From: Escherichia phage vB_EcoM_LNA4
DNA length: 64,000 nucleotides
Sequence record: MZ311864.1
Direction: 5' to 3' (one strand)
Numbering within the stretch: position 1 is the stretch's first letter; every line of letters starts with the position of its first letter. The notes beneath the pieces were generated by a model. That model was given only the letters and a program-made list of their open reading frames with translations. It ran no database searches and was not told the origin of the DNA. Made by a program: the position numbers and the translations under genes. Below are positions 17,962-27,359 of the stretch, in pieces.

Positions 17962-18893
17962 TAGTTCCCCATTCTCTCCAGGACATCAGCCATAATCTCT
18001 TCTGAAGCTGCCAGAATAGCATCAATCAGCTCTTGACGATTACGAACGTTGACAACCAGAGGATCTTCGGCCCCGATAGCCATTGCACCAATCTGGGAGT
18101 AGATGGTTTGCAGTTCTGCCACGTTGAATGGGTCGAAGTCCTTAGCCTGAAGTGTAGACACATCGAACTTGAATACCTCTCCCTCAACTTCGATTTTCAG
18201 GAAGATGCTCTCCGGGGTTCCTGCCGGAAGGTTATCCAGATCAACATTCTCAATCACAGTTTTGTCTTTCGGCCCCTTCTCCTTCTCACCGGAGATGATT
18301 GGGCGTTGACCTTCCTGCATACGTTTGATGTTGCGCTCATCAAGCAGAACTGCCGGGGTGCGTTTCACGATCTCCACTTCATCCATCCAGACCTGTCCAC
18401 CACCTTTGATTGTGGCGATCTCCGTTTCTGTCAGAACACCACTGTAGAAGGTATCGATCAAACGATCAAAATAGTGCTTCTCAAAGGCAATTTGTGCGTA
18501 CATGTTTGCACCATCACCATATGTCCCACCCTGATAGTTGTGGAACATAAACTCGGTCAGCGGAGACACTGTACGATCCTTACAGGCCAGCCACAGGACT
18601 GTACCAGCAGAGCAGACATTGCCCTCTGCGTGTGTCACGATAGACGCCTGGCTTTCACGAATTGCGCTTACGTAGGCCATAGCGATGGAGACAACACCAC
18701 CAGGGCTGTTGATCACCACACGAATAGTATCATCGGGGGATGCCTGACGGATTACCTGCAAACGGTCCTGATGGTCTTCCAGCCATGACAGGTCATCAAT
18801 GTAGATGACATGATCGTGAGAGTGAACAGGGTAGCTGTAGATATTCCCGTGCATACCCGGCATCATACCGAAAAAGTTCTTGTTCTGTTCCAT
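17961..18893 (-). CDS. ClpP/S49-like serine peptidase
   Basis: VVINSPGGVVS motif typical of ClpP-type proteases; start at MEQNKN with GAGGAGG RBS; TAATG overlap with methyltransferase gene. Confidence 0.55.
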   Translation of the reverse strand: MEQNKNFFGMMPGMHGNIYSYPVHSHDHVIYIDDLSWLEDHQDRLQVIRQASPDDTIRVVINSPGGVVSIAMAYVSAIRESQASIVTHAEGNVCSAGTVLWLACKDRTVSPLTEFMFHNYQGGTYGDGANMYAQIAFEKHYFDRLIDTFYSGVLTETEIATIKGGGQVWMDEVEIVKRTPAVLLDERNIKRMQEGQRPIISGEKEKGPKDKTVIENVDLDNLPAGTPESIFLKIEVEGEVFKFDVSTLQAKDFDPFNVAELQTIYSQIGAMAIGAEDPLVVNVRNRQELIDAILAASEEIMADVLERMGN

Positions 18894-18894
18894 A

Positions 18895-19377
18895 TTAATC
18901 CTCCTCACGAGCGTTTGCAATGTAGCCTTTCAGAATGTAAGCATTTCTCATCAGCCAGTCGATGTAATACCCTGTTTCGTCATCGACAAGTACCTGGTCG
19001 CTGTACTTGAATGTCACGAGAACTTTTCTCGCCCTTTCAGAGGCTACTGCTGCGGTGTGCAGCATGGTGAACTTGTCAAGCTCTTCTTTCTCAACAGTCA
19101 CATATTTGGATTTACCATCCAGATAAATCAGGTGGTTAAGTAAATCACGACGATCCGGGAACATCCACCGTGCATCTCGTTCTGCTGCGGCTGGACTATA
19201 AATCATTCGGGTAAAGAACCCATCGTTCATCTCATACAGAGACTGAGCCACTACCTTGCGATAAAAATTGAAGAGGCTTTCCGCTTCAGCATCAAACAGC
19301 CCTGGAGAAACTACCCCACAATTCTTCAACTCCATCAGTTTTCGATGGGAGATAACCCCATGAATACTAACTGTCAT
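18895..19377 (-). CDS. hypothetical protein
   Basis: 160-aa ORF with AGGAG RBS. Confidence 0.45.
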   Translation of the reverse strand: MTVSIHGVISHRKLMELKNCGVVSPGLFDAEAESLFNFYRKVVAQSLYEMNDGFFTRMIYSPAAAERDARWMFPDRRDLLNHLIYLDGKSKYVTVEKEELDKFTMLHTAAVASERARKVLVTFKYSDQVLVDDETGYYIDWLMRNAYILKGYIANAREED

Positions 19378-19384
19378 ACTCCTC

Positions 19385-19708
19385 CTATCGAGCTATCAGA
19401 TATTTCACTTCACCGTCATCCCCACGGTAACCGGAATCTACCACATGATAAGGACCAAAATTGTCCAATCTTACGATATCACCCACCACAAGGGTCTTCC
19501 TTGACTCATATTCCAAGGACTCGGTAAGATGTTTGAACTGATCCGTATCGTCTGTGGTGCAGACATAACGAATTTCACCATTATTTTCAGTGACATAAAT
19601 CCGCTTGCCTGTCTTTTTAGCCAAAACCCAGCCCTTTTTGTCATATTTTACAAGACAATAAGACTGATTCAGCTTATCTCTAAACCTGGACACTTTACCC
19701 ACCCCCAA
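19385..19708 (-). CDS. hypothetical protein
   Basis: 107-aa ORF. Confidence 0.35.
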   Translation of the reverse strand: MGVGKVSRFRDKLNQSYCLVKYDKKGWVLAKKTGKRIYVTENNGEIRYVCTTDDTDQFKHLTESLEYESRKTLVVGDIVRLDNFGPYHVVDSGYRGDDGEVKYLIAR

Positions 19709-20190
19709 ACTTTTCCAGTGTTGATTTTGTAGATTGTGTTCTGACTTACACCGAAGACCTTAGCAATATCCCTTTGCTTCAACCCTTGCTGTAGTAGCTG
19801 CTTTATCTCAGCAACGGACTCTTCTGTCAGTACACTCGTCCCATTCTTCTCCCCTTTACAAGGCACTCTGCCGTTGAAAAGATAAGAGTGCTTAGAGTTC
19901 CATGCTAAAGTACACCACTCCAGATTATCAACATGAGGGTTGAGTATGTTCCCATCTTTATGGTTTACAACATCGTATCCGTTAGGGTTACTCAGGTGTA
20001 CAATAGCCACCAATCTGTGAACAGAGCAATCCTTTCTGGCTCCGTTCTTATGAAGTGTGACCCTTGGATAACCATTTGTAGGTATACTCCACTTCAGCTT
20101 CCTACCAGTTTTACGATTTATAACTTCACCACCCTTCGAAACATAGTAAGAGCTTAAGAAATCCTCAACGTCTTGCAACTTTCCTCTCAA
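19669..20190 (-). CDS. HNH homing endonuclease with C-terminal HTH
   Basis: NHKDGNILNPHVDNLEWCTLAWNSKHS HNH core plus RDIAKVFGVSQNTIYKI helix-turn-helix. Confidence 0.6.
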   Translation of the reverse strand: MRGKLQDVEDFLSSYYVSKGGEVINRKTGRKLKWSIPTNGYPRVTLHKNGARKDCSVHRLVAIVHLSNPNGYDVVNHKDGNILNPHVDNLEWCTLAWNSKHSYLFNGRVPCKGEKNGTSVLTEESVAEIKQLLQQGLKQRDIAKVFGVSQNTIYKINTGKVWGWVKCPGLEIS

Positions 20191-20794
20191 GATTAGTCAG
20201 GAACTGCTCAAGTAAGGTCAAGCGCTCCGGAGTGTTTAGGTTAAGCGTTCTCACGCCGTACTTTTTAGCGAGGTTAACCGCTGTTGCAGTACCTCCCTTT
20301 GGATTTCCATGCTTGTCTTCTAGTGCAAAGTACAAACAGAAGGCCGAAGGTCTCGGTTCGAGAACATTTGCCCCCAAAACCTGATGCACATTACGTGAGT
20401 GCAATGCAAAAGCGCCGCGCTTCTTCTTAAGGGCTTCAAAATTCGGATGAATTTCTTCAACCAAAGAGTCTCTGGTCGCCTTTTGGTCTGGCATCAGATA
20501 GTCAACATAGCTTAGGGGGAAATCCCAATAATCCCAAAGCTTATCGTTGTCTGTTGCAAACCCATCCCACGGTATGTAAATCTCTGCCAAGCGTGTACGA
20601 TACTCCTCTTGTTTTCCATTGTCAAGAGTTTCGTAATATTTTTGCATCCCGACCTGAAATGCCTCATCAGCACCCCCGGCTTTCCCGCTTCGGAGGGTAA
20701 ATCCGAGTCTTGCTAGCCGGAAAGCAGCGTCTTCCATGACGCTGATAACCTCTGGGGGTGTTTCGCGAGATCCTACCCCAGTGTAATATGCCAT
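20165..20794 (-). CDS. SLOG/DprA-like Rossmann-fold protein
   Basis: GVGSRETP...LGFTLRSGKAGGADEAF pattern; start at MAYYTG with AGGAGG RBS. Confidence 0.4.
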   Translation of the reverse strand: MAYYTGVGSRETPPEVISVMEDAAFRLARLGFTLRSGKAGGADEAFQVGMQKYYETLDNGKQEEYRTRLAEIYIPWDGFATDNDKLWDYWDFPLSYVDYLMPDQKATRDSLVEEIHPNFEALKKKRGAFALHSRNVHQVLGANVLEPRPSAFCLYFALEDKHGNPKGGTATAVNLAKKYGVRTLNLNTPERLTLLEQFLTNLERKVARR

Positions 20795-20804
20795 AATCCT
20801 CCTG

Positions 20805-21605
20805 TTAAGAAGCCATCGGGGTATAGAGTTTTGCGTCACGGTCAGCCATGAGGCCAAGAGCGATGTCGCGAACCATACCACCACGAACGATATCCTCATT
20901 CGGGTCATCAAAGGAAACAGAACCCACACCTGCCAGGTTGTGACGCTGAGTGAACTCAATCAACCATTCAAGACCAGACTGACCATGAATGTCTTTCTGA
21001 CTGGCATCACCCATAACCACAAGGGTACAGTTGTCGGAGATACGAGTGATGATACTCAGCATCTCTTCAGGGGTGCTCTGCTGCGCTTCGTCGATCAGCA
21101 GGAAGCTTTTTTCGTCGAATGAACGACCACGGATGCTTTCCAGTTCCTGAACTTCGATACGCCCATTTAAGCCGTCCTTCAGAGCGTTGTAATACGCTCC
21201 GTCACCCATACGCTTACGGATGGTATCCAGCATATTTCGGACATAAGGGAAAAGCTTTTCCAGTGAAGTACCCGGTTTGAAGCCGGAGGTTTTACCCGTC
21301 TGCACGTATGGTCGAGCGACAATGATCTTGTCAAGTTCGTTTCTACGTAGCAAGTCGGCAGCATGAGCGGAGGCCAGATAAGTTTTACCTGTTCCGAAGA
21401 TCCCCTTCGCGATGATGATGTTGCATGTCTGCAACTTGTGAAGATAATCTTGCTGCTTTTCATTCAGAGCAACGAGCGGTGGTGCGCTTTTACGTTCCTC
21501 ATCGAATTTCGGGTGGTGCTTTGCTTGACTAGCGGCCTGACGTTCAGCACGTTGCTGTTGACGGGCGCTCAGTTTTGTTGCACGAGCCTCTTTGCTTCTT
21601 CCCAT
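20805..21605 (-). CDS. phoH: PhoH-like ATPase
   Basis: Walker A GIFGTGKTYLASAHAADLL and PhoH-like downstream motifs; 266 aa. Confidence 0.8.
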   Translation of the reverse strand: MGRSKEARATKLSARQQQRAERQAASQAKHHPKFDEERKSAPPLVALNEKQQDYLHKLQTCNIIIAKGIFGTGKTYLASAHAADLLRRNELDKIIVARPYVQTGKTSGFKPGTSLEKLFPYVRNMLDTIRKRMGDGAYYNALKDGLNGRIEVQELESIRGRSFDEKSFLLIDEAQQSTPEEMLSIITRISDNCTLVVMGDASQKDIHGQSGLEWLIEFTQRHNLAGVGSVSFDDPNEDIVRGGMVRDIALGLMADRDAKLYTPMAS

Positions 21606-21616
21606 ATTGGTTCTCC

Positions 21617-22171
21617 TTACGAGGTTAGAACAGATTTTGCCTTTTTGTAATAGGCTGTGCGCTCGGCTAGGTGGTTTGTGCCACCGTTTACCAGCTTGGT
21701 AATCTTAACGATATCATCAGCATCGCAAGCGGCGTTGATGTTTCTCATGTTCCAATACCAACCAGCGCTGGCAACTGCATACTTAGGCTGTTCAAGCAGT
21801 TCTGGGTGATTAACGAGGTCTAAACCAAGTGCCTTTCCGCAAGCCTTATAGTTTGCAAGTCCGGTAACCTGAATCAGGCCTCTCCCCTTATACTTAGCCC
21901 CATCCCCATCCTTCTCAGGGGTGTTGCCAAGACGCTTTGCGAGAGAGCCAGTGTCATACTTATCAAAGTAGGCGTTATTACCAAGCTCCTTGACATAACG
22001 GAACTCAGCAGATTCCACACCAACCTGCGATAGGAACCCAGCAATACGTTTGACAGTATTGATACTGCCCTTCTCAAACAAGTCGTTCAGTGCATCAATG
22101 AACTTGGCATTTCGTCCTGCTGATGCACCTACTGGAAAAATCTTGTTGAGTTGTTCAAGCGTTAGTTTCAA
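21617..22171 (-). CDS. endolysin, glycoside hydrolase family 19-like
   Basis: YKGRGLIQVTGLANYKACG matches GH19 catalytic region signature. Confidence 0.7.
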   Translation of the reverse strand: MKLTLEQLNKIFPVGASAGRNAKFIDALNDLFEKGSINTVKRIAGFLSQVGVESAEFRYVKELGNNAYFDKYDTGSLAKRLGNTPEKDGDGAKYKGRGLIQVTGLANYKACGKALGLDLVNHPELLEQPKYAVASAGWYWNMRNINAACDADDIVKITKLVNGGTNHLAERTAYYKKAKSVLTS

Positions 22172-22183
22172 AAGAAGACCTCC

Positions 22184-22615
22184 TTACGGATTAGTCTCTC
22201 CTAGTGCCTCTTCAAAAGCCGTTTCAAGCTGGGCGGCAATCCCAGAGATTTTGATGGTAATTCGTTCCTGGTAGATTGCGTAGGCCAACTCGTGTGGCTC
22301 AAGCGCTTCTTTCAGGAGTGCGACCATCTTATCCATAACCTTCTGCATAACCTCTTCGGAAAGAGCCTTTTTCAGGCGAACCTGGGCGGCGTTTAATTCC
22401 TTTTCGAAAGCCGGGTCTTTTGCACCAGACTTCATTTGGCGCATTGCCTCGATCTCGTATTGGGTTTGCTCACTGAACTGATTAATCAGTCGCGGGAATA
22501 CAAGACCAACAAAGTCACGGGCCAGTTGCTCGTGGTCACCAAACAGAATGGTATCAAGCTCTGATTGCGGCATTGGCACGAACGTTTGTCCTTCTTCATT
22601 GATAACGTCAGTCAT
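22184..22615 (-). CDS. hypothetical protein
   Basis: 143-aa acidic ORF. Confidence 0.45.
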   Translation of the reverse strand: MTDVINEEGQTFVPMPQSELDTILFGDHEQLARDFVGLVFPRLINQFSEQTQYEIEAMRQMKSGAKDPAFEKELNAAQVRLKKALSEEVMQKVMDKMVALLKEALEPHELAYAIYQERITIKISGIAAQLETAFEEALGETNP

Positions 22616-22623
22616 GGGTTACC

Positions 22624-22764
22624 TCAGTAGGTGCTACGGGCAGCAGCATCGGCTACCAGTTGCAGAAGTTCGTCTTCAGTAGCACGTTTAGTCTTACGCT
22701 TCTTACCACGCAGTTCCAGTGCCAGTTCCTTTTGATATGCCTTACGCAGAGTACGTTTGCTCAT
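22624..22764 (-). CDS. small basic protein (46 aa)
   Basis: Hand translation MSKRTLRKAYQKELALELRGKKRKTKR...; AAGGAG RBS. Confidence 0.3.
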   Translation of the reverse strand: MSKRTLRKAYQKELALELRGKKRKTKRATEDELLQLVADAAARSTY

Positions 22765-22841
22765 TATATTCTCCTTTGTGGCCCACCAACAACATGAGGA
22801 TGGGCTTAGTTAATCTTATATGGTTTTTAGACGACTGTCAA

Positions 22842-23120
22842 TCAGATGTTATGAGATTTCACAAATGCGATAAACTCATCTGCGGTTCCAATGTACCGCT
22901 CACTACCACCATCCTCCATAAACACACGAGGTACTGTGGTTGGAATAACAGGAGCACATTTTGCTACCAGTTCTTCCTTCGTGTAGTTCTTGTCGAGGGT
23001 CATGTACAGGAAGTCAAGACCTTTTGACTTTGCGAACTCTTTCGCACGTACACAGTGGGGGCAATTGTCTTTGCCGTAAATAACAAAGGTATTGTCTTTG
23101 ATGCTCATATCAGTCCTCAT
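22842..23120 (-). CDS. nrdH: glutaredoxin-like protein (NrdH-type)
   Basis: CPHC redox motif in 92-aa protein immediately downstream of nrdB. Confidence 0.65.
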   Translation of the reverse strand: MRTDMSIKDNTFVIYGKDNCPHCVRAKEFAKSKGLDFLYMTLDKNYTKEELVAKCAPVIPTTVPRVFMEDGGSERYIGTADEFIAFVKSHNI

Positions 23121-24208
23121 TAGAAATCCCAGGTTTCGCCTTCGGTATCATCTACCGCTGCATTCAGGCGATAATCTGTATTGGTTTGCTCTTGGTTAGC
23201 ATTTTGCTGCTTGCTCGGATTCATCCAGATATCCATGAACGGCAGAGGGTCGCGTTTTGGAGCCTCGAAATCACGTTCGATACCGTAGTAGTCATAGATC
23301 GGAGCACAGTTCCAGTCTGTCCAGTCTTTCAGGAGTGGAGCATTAAGCCCGATGATTGCACGTCCCTCACTGAACAGGTAATCACCCCATGCGTACTCAT
23401 TGGTGCGAACTTCGTCCAGAATTGCTTTCAGTTCTGGCTTGATAGCGTAGAAGCTGTCTTTCCAAACCGGATCTTTCAGCAGGATGTCAATGACACCGAA
23501 GTCCATTTTGGTGTGCAGCATTTCGTCCAGCATAATTTTCTGAACAAGCTGACCCACCTGAACGAACACACCCTGTTCAGCCAGAGCAAAGGTACACGCG
23601 AAGCTAGAGATGAATTCGATACCTTCAAGGCCAAGCAGAGAGAACAGTGCTCGCAGAATACCACGACGAACTTCCTCTTTATCAACAGACTCTGGATCGA
23701 TACGGTATTTTGCACCGAGGATTTCCAGTTCACGCATATACTTGACGATCACACCTGAGCGTTCCAGAACTGCTTGGTTGTTCTGAATGTCTTCAATGAT
23801 CTGACGTGAGTTTGGCAGACACTGACGGACAATATCAGAATACGTTAAAGCATGAAGAACTTCAATCTCAGATTGCTTCATCATCATAGCAAACAGTTCA
23901 CTATTGGTGATGAATGGTGCGAACAGACAGATAATCGCCTGTGCTGCAACGCTATCCGCTTCCCACTGCCACATGATCGTTTGTACCATGACATCGTAAG
24001 TGGATTTGCTACAGGTTGCGAAATCAGTGATGGATTGGTTCAGTTCAACCTCATCTTCAGACCAATCCTGCTCTTTCTGCTTTTTGTACAGGTCGAACAG
24101 TTGTGGATACTTTTTGTTGATGGAGTCATACATCCCCATTTGCTGCCCCAAGAACAGCGGGTAGTCACCAGTTTTATGAGCGGTGTTCTCAACGTTAAAT
24201 ACAGCCAT
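23120..24208 (-). CDS. nrdB: ribonucleotide reductase small subunit
   Basis: Position next to nrdA, ferritin-like Glu/His pattern; start at MAVFNV with GAGGGAGA RBS. Confidence 0.8.
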   Translation of the reverse strand: MAVFNVENTAHKTGDYPLFLGQQMGMYDSINKKYPQLFDLYKKQKEQDWSEDEVELNQSITDFATCSKSTYDVMVQTIMWQWEADSVAAQAIICLFAPFITNSELFAMMMKQSEIEVLHALTYSDIVRQCLPNSRQIIEDIQNNQAVLERSGVIVKYMRELEILGAKYRIDPESVDKEEVRRGILRALFSLLGLEGIEFISSFACTFALAEQGVFVQVGQLVQKIMLDEMLHTKMDFGVIDILLKDPVWKDSFYAIKPELKAILDEVRTNEYAWGDYLFSEGRAIIGLNAPLLKDWTDWNCAPIYDYYGIERDFEAPKRDPLPFMDIWMNPSKQQNANQEQTNTDYRLNAAVDDTEGETWDF

Positions 24209-24246
24209 TATTCTCCCTCGAAAACGGGGCCGAAGCCCCATAAGAA

Positions 24247-26562
24247 TTACAATGCACAACCTTCACAGTACGGATCTCCAACCGAGTTGTCTGCAATCAG
24301 CGGGTAGTCCTTGCGGGTCTCTTCCTCTGCTTGCTTCTTCGCCTGAAGCTCTGCGGTCAGGGAGTCACCAGCACCAACCTTAGAATTCAGGTAGTACCAG
24401 GTCTTCATCCCCATTTTAGTCGCACGGATCAGGTATCCAATCTGGTCCTTCATCGAAATCTTCCCGTCTTTCAACTGGGTATAGTCGATGTAAAGGTCAG
24501 CACTGATAGCCTGCCCTGCAAACTTCTGAATGACGGCGTAAATGTCAATCAGGTCGTTGGTGTTGATATCCCACGCAGAGGTGTAGTAATCCTTCAGTTC
24601 TTCATACTCAGGCACGATAAACAACACAGAGCCTTGAGGAGATTTCTTGAAGATTACATGGTCACGCACCGGATACAGACCGTTCGTTGTGTTGGTAGCC
24701 AATGAAGAACTTTCGTTCGGCATATACGCTTCCAAGACACTGTTGCGGATACCACCATTCTTGATGATTTCCTGTCGTAGAGTTTCCCAGTCCTGTTTCA
24801 GACTTGGATTCTTCACAACACTATCAACTGCCTTGTTGTAGGTGTCGATAGGCAACCAACCCTGGGGGTACTTGGTCTTGTGCATCCACGGAGCCACACC
24901 ACGTTCTTTCGCTAGGCGCAAGCTTGCCTTGTGCAGGCTGTAGCTGTGCAGTTCTGCCAGGTCGTGAACCAACTGCTTGCTTTCCGGAGAACCATACGCG
25001 ACTTTGTGTTTCGCGATGTAGTGAGCAAGGTTAGTCAGGCCAACACCAATCGAGCGACGAGATTCGGCTGTGTGCTTCATATTCTCATACGGATAATCCA
25101 TGATATCCATAACGTTGTCGATCATCAGGACGGTGTAGTAAGCAACATCCTCGTACTCTTCCGGAGTAACACGACCAGCAACCAGAGAGGACAGGAAACA
25201 CAGGGCCACTTCACCATCGTCTGCATCATGGCTAAACAGGTTACGCATATCCTTGTAGCCCTTGGTAACCAAACAGATTTCCTGACACAGGTTAGAGGAG
25301 TAAATTGTCTCCAGGAACGGTGTGTGTCGGTTCATCTCGTCAGGCCAGTACACGTACAGGCGACCAGTTTCTGCTCGTTGTGTGATGATCTCCAGAGCCA
25401 AGTCACGGGCCTTAACCCAAGTCTTAGGGATCTTCTTATCAGCAGCAATACGGGCTACTTCCGCATCGAACTCCTGCATAGTCATCTTGAACATCCCTTC
25501 GTGCAACTGAGGGGCATCCTTATAAGAGACCAGCATCCAGTCAAGGTTCTTCGCCACACGGTTCATGAACGACTGGTTGATACCGATGGAATAATCCATT
25601 GTGTTCAGGCGTTTAGAGGTCACTGTGAGCGGGTTTTTAAGTCGCATCAGATCTTCGACTTGTGGGTCGATAGCCAAGAACGAAACTGTTGCAGAGCCAC
25701 CACGGGTTGACTGACGGTTCTCTTTCACACCAGAGTCAATGCCACGGTAATATGGGATTTTACCCATGTGTTTGATCGTATTGCCACGAACACCATCACC
25801 GATTGAGCGGGAGGATAGGTAATAACCGATCCCGGCCTGTGCAACAGTCATTGTGTACGCAACTTCACGAGCAACACCGATGCTCTTAGCTGTGTCGTCT
25901 GCTTTGATAATGCAACATGACGCATAGCCAGTCCTACCAGTACGCAGGCCGTTCAGGTACGGCGTTGGTGCGTTGATCTTCAGGTCAGACAGATACGTGT
26001 ACAGTTGGATAACGTCATTGATACGGCGTTCCTTCGGCATACGTTTCATTACTGCCATTGCGATACCCATGAACATCATCTGCGGAGATTCAAACAGAAC
26101 ATCGTTGATGTTGTCCTTGATACCGTACTTATCGCGGAACTGTTTCAGTACCGCATACCCATAACTCAGGTCTTTCGAGTGATCAATAGCCTCTTCCAGC
26201 TTAATCAGGTCGAAAGAATCATAACCCATATCTTCCCAGTAGCCGATATTGGTCATGTAGTGGTAGAAGTTAAACAGCGTAGGGATCTTGGTAAAACCGC
26301 CATACGCCTCTTTGTAGATCTGTCCGATGAGCACACGACCTGCCATACGGGAATGCGCTTCATCTTTACGACTTACACAAGCGTCGATCAATGCCTGGTT
26401 TACTTCACGAGTGGTGCAACCATCGTACAGACGTTTGTAGGCGTCCATTGAGATGTGTGACCAGTTGCCATTGCCGTCATCACCAAAGATCGCTGCTTTG
26501 TTAAGACGTTCCGGCTCGAACACAACCTCTGTTCCATCACTCTTTACAACTGTATTGATCAA
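24247..26562 (-). CDS. nrdA: ribonucleotide reductase large subunit (class I)
   Basis: 771 aa with N-terminal ATP-cone-like segment and conserved C-terminal Cys pair (CEGCAL). Confidence 0.9.
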   Translation of the reverse strand: MINTVVKSDGTEVVFEPERLNKAAIFGDDGNGNWSHISMDAYKRLYDGCTTREVNQALIDACVSRKDEAHSRMAGRVLIGQIYKEAYGGFTKIPTLFNFYHYMTNIGYWEDMGYDSFDLIKLEEAIDHSKDLSYGYAVLKQFRDKYGIKDNINDVLFESPQMMFMGIAMAVMKRMPKERRINDVIQLYTYLSDLKINAPTPYLNGLRTGRTGYASCCIIKADDTAKSIGVAREVAYTMTVAQAGIGYYLSSRSIGDGVRGNTIKHMGKIPYYRGIDSGVKENRQSTRGGSATVSFLAIDPQVEDLMRLKNPLTVTSKRLNTMDYSIGINQSFMNRVAKNLDWMLVSYKDAPQLHEGMFKMTMQEFDAEVARIAADKKIPKTWVKARDLALEIITQRAETGRLYVYWPDEMNRHTPFLETIYSSNLCQEICLVTKGYKDMRNLFSHDADDGEVALCFLSSLVAGRVTPEEYEDVAYYTVLMIDNVMDIMDYPYENMKHTAESRRSIGVGLTNLAHYIAKHKVAYGSPESKQLVHDLAELHSYSLHKASLRLAKERGVAPWMHKTKYPQGWLPIDTYNKAVDSVVKNPSLKQDWETLRQEIIKNGGIRNSVLEAYMPNESSSLATNTTNGLYPVRDHVIFKKSPQGSVLFIVPEYEELKDYYTSAWDINTNDLIDIYAVIQKFAGQAISADLYIDYTQLKDGKISMKDQIGYLIRATKMGMKTWYYLNSKVGAGDSLTAELQAKKQAEEETRKDYPLIADNSVGDPYCEGCAL

Positions 26563-26571
26563 ACTTTCTCC

Positions 26572-26802
26572 TTATTTCTCTTCGAATTGAGCAAGATATT
26601 TATCGGCTTCGTCAACTTCCTCGTCTTGAGGTGTTTCTTCAGACGGAGCAGTGACATTGATTATTTTACCAGAATATTGATCATAGTAAACATCATCGTA
26701 CATCTTACTGTCATCGGTCAAATCATTGAAGTAGAGCCACCCGGCGTAGTGATGCTTATCATCGAAGCCACGGTCTTTCCACTTGGTCTTCTCTTTACTC
26801 AT
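26572..26802 (-). CDS. hypothetical protein
   Basis: 76-aa acidic ORF. Confidence 0.35.
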   Translation of the reverse strand: MSKEKTKWKDRGFDDKHHYAGWLYFNDLTDDSKMYDDVYYDQYSGKIINVTAPSEETPQDEEVDEADKYLAQFEEK

Positions 26803-27278
26803 TAGTCCCCCAGACCAAATGCGTCACTCAGACGTGCTTCATCTTCACTATTGAACGTAATGTCAAACGAATCTGGGCGGTCACCGCGTTTTGTGTACTT
26901 ACGGGTGTTAACTTTTTCGTTTACCGGGATGTCGTAAGGCAAGTCGATAACGAACTCCATATCCCGCTCTGAATACACACCAACATCAAGGATGTCAACG
27001 CCGTTATAAATTTTCGCATACGGATAATCCGGACGCATGTCACCGACAAAGATCGTTGTCTTACGGTACAAATATGGCAAATTCGCACATCGTACATTTT
27101 TGTTGTTAAGCATTGTTACTTGCTTAGGATTACCCTCACTGTCGGAGACTTGGAACCCTACTGCATAGAGGGCAGCGCGGAGTCCACTTTCTTGTGTCAC
27201 ATCGAATCCAGGAACGGTTCTCAGGAAGTCCAAAGTGACCGAAATGTGTTGGGTAGGTTTGCGTTTTGTTTTACTCAT
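26802..27278 (-). CDS. hypothetical protein
   Basis: Start set at MSKTKRKPTQ. Confidence 0.4.
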   Translation of the reverse strand: MSKTKRKPTQHISVTLDFLRTVPGFDVTQESGLRAALYAVGFQVSDSEGNPKQVTMLNNKNVRCANLPYLYRKTTIFVGDMRPDYPYAKIYNGVDILDVGVYSERDMEFVIDLPYDIPVNEKVNTRKYTKRGDRPDSFDITFNSEDEARLSDAFGLGD

Positions 27279-27359
27279 GTATTCTCCATTCTGCCTATAA
27301 TCGGGGAGAAGCTCTCCCCGCAATTCATACAACCAAGATACGGATTACTGGAACCTTTG

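Noticed and set aside
18033-18788. 251-aa plus-strand ORF
   Set aside because: Antisense to the ClpP-like peptidase gene, which has clear motifs and an RBS. Shadow ORF.
24931-25710. 259-aa plus-strand ORF inside nrdA
   Set aside because: Antisense to a strongly supported ribonucleotide reductase gene. Shadow ORF.
24247-26562. Intein or group I intron in ribonucleotide reductase or ligase genes
   Set aside because: Gene lengths (771, 362 and 434 aa) are normal and reading frames are uninterrupted.
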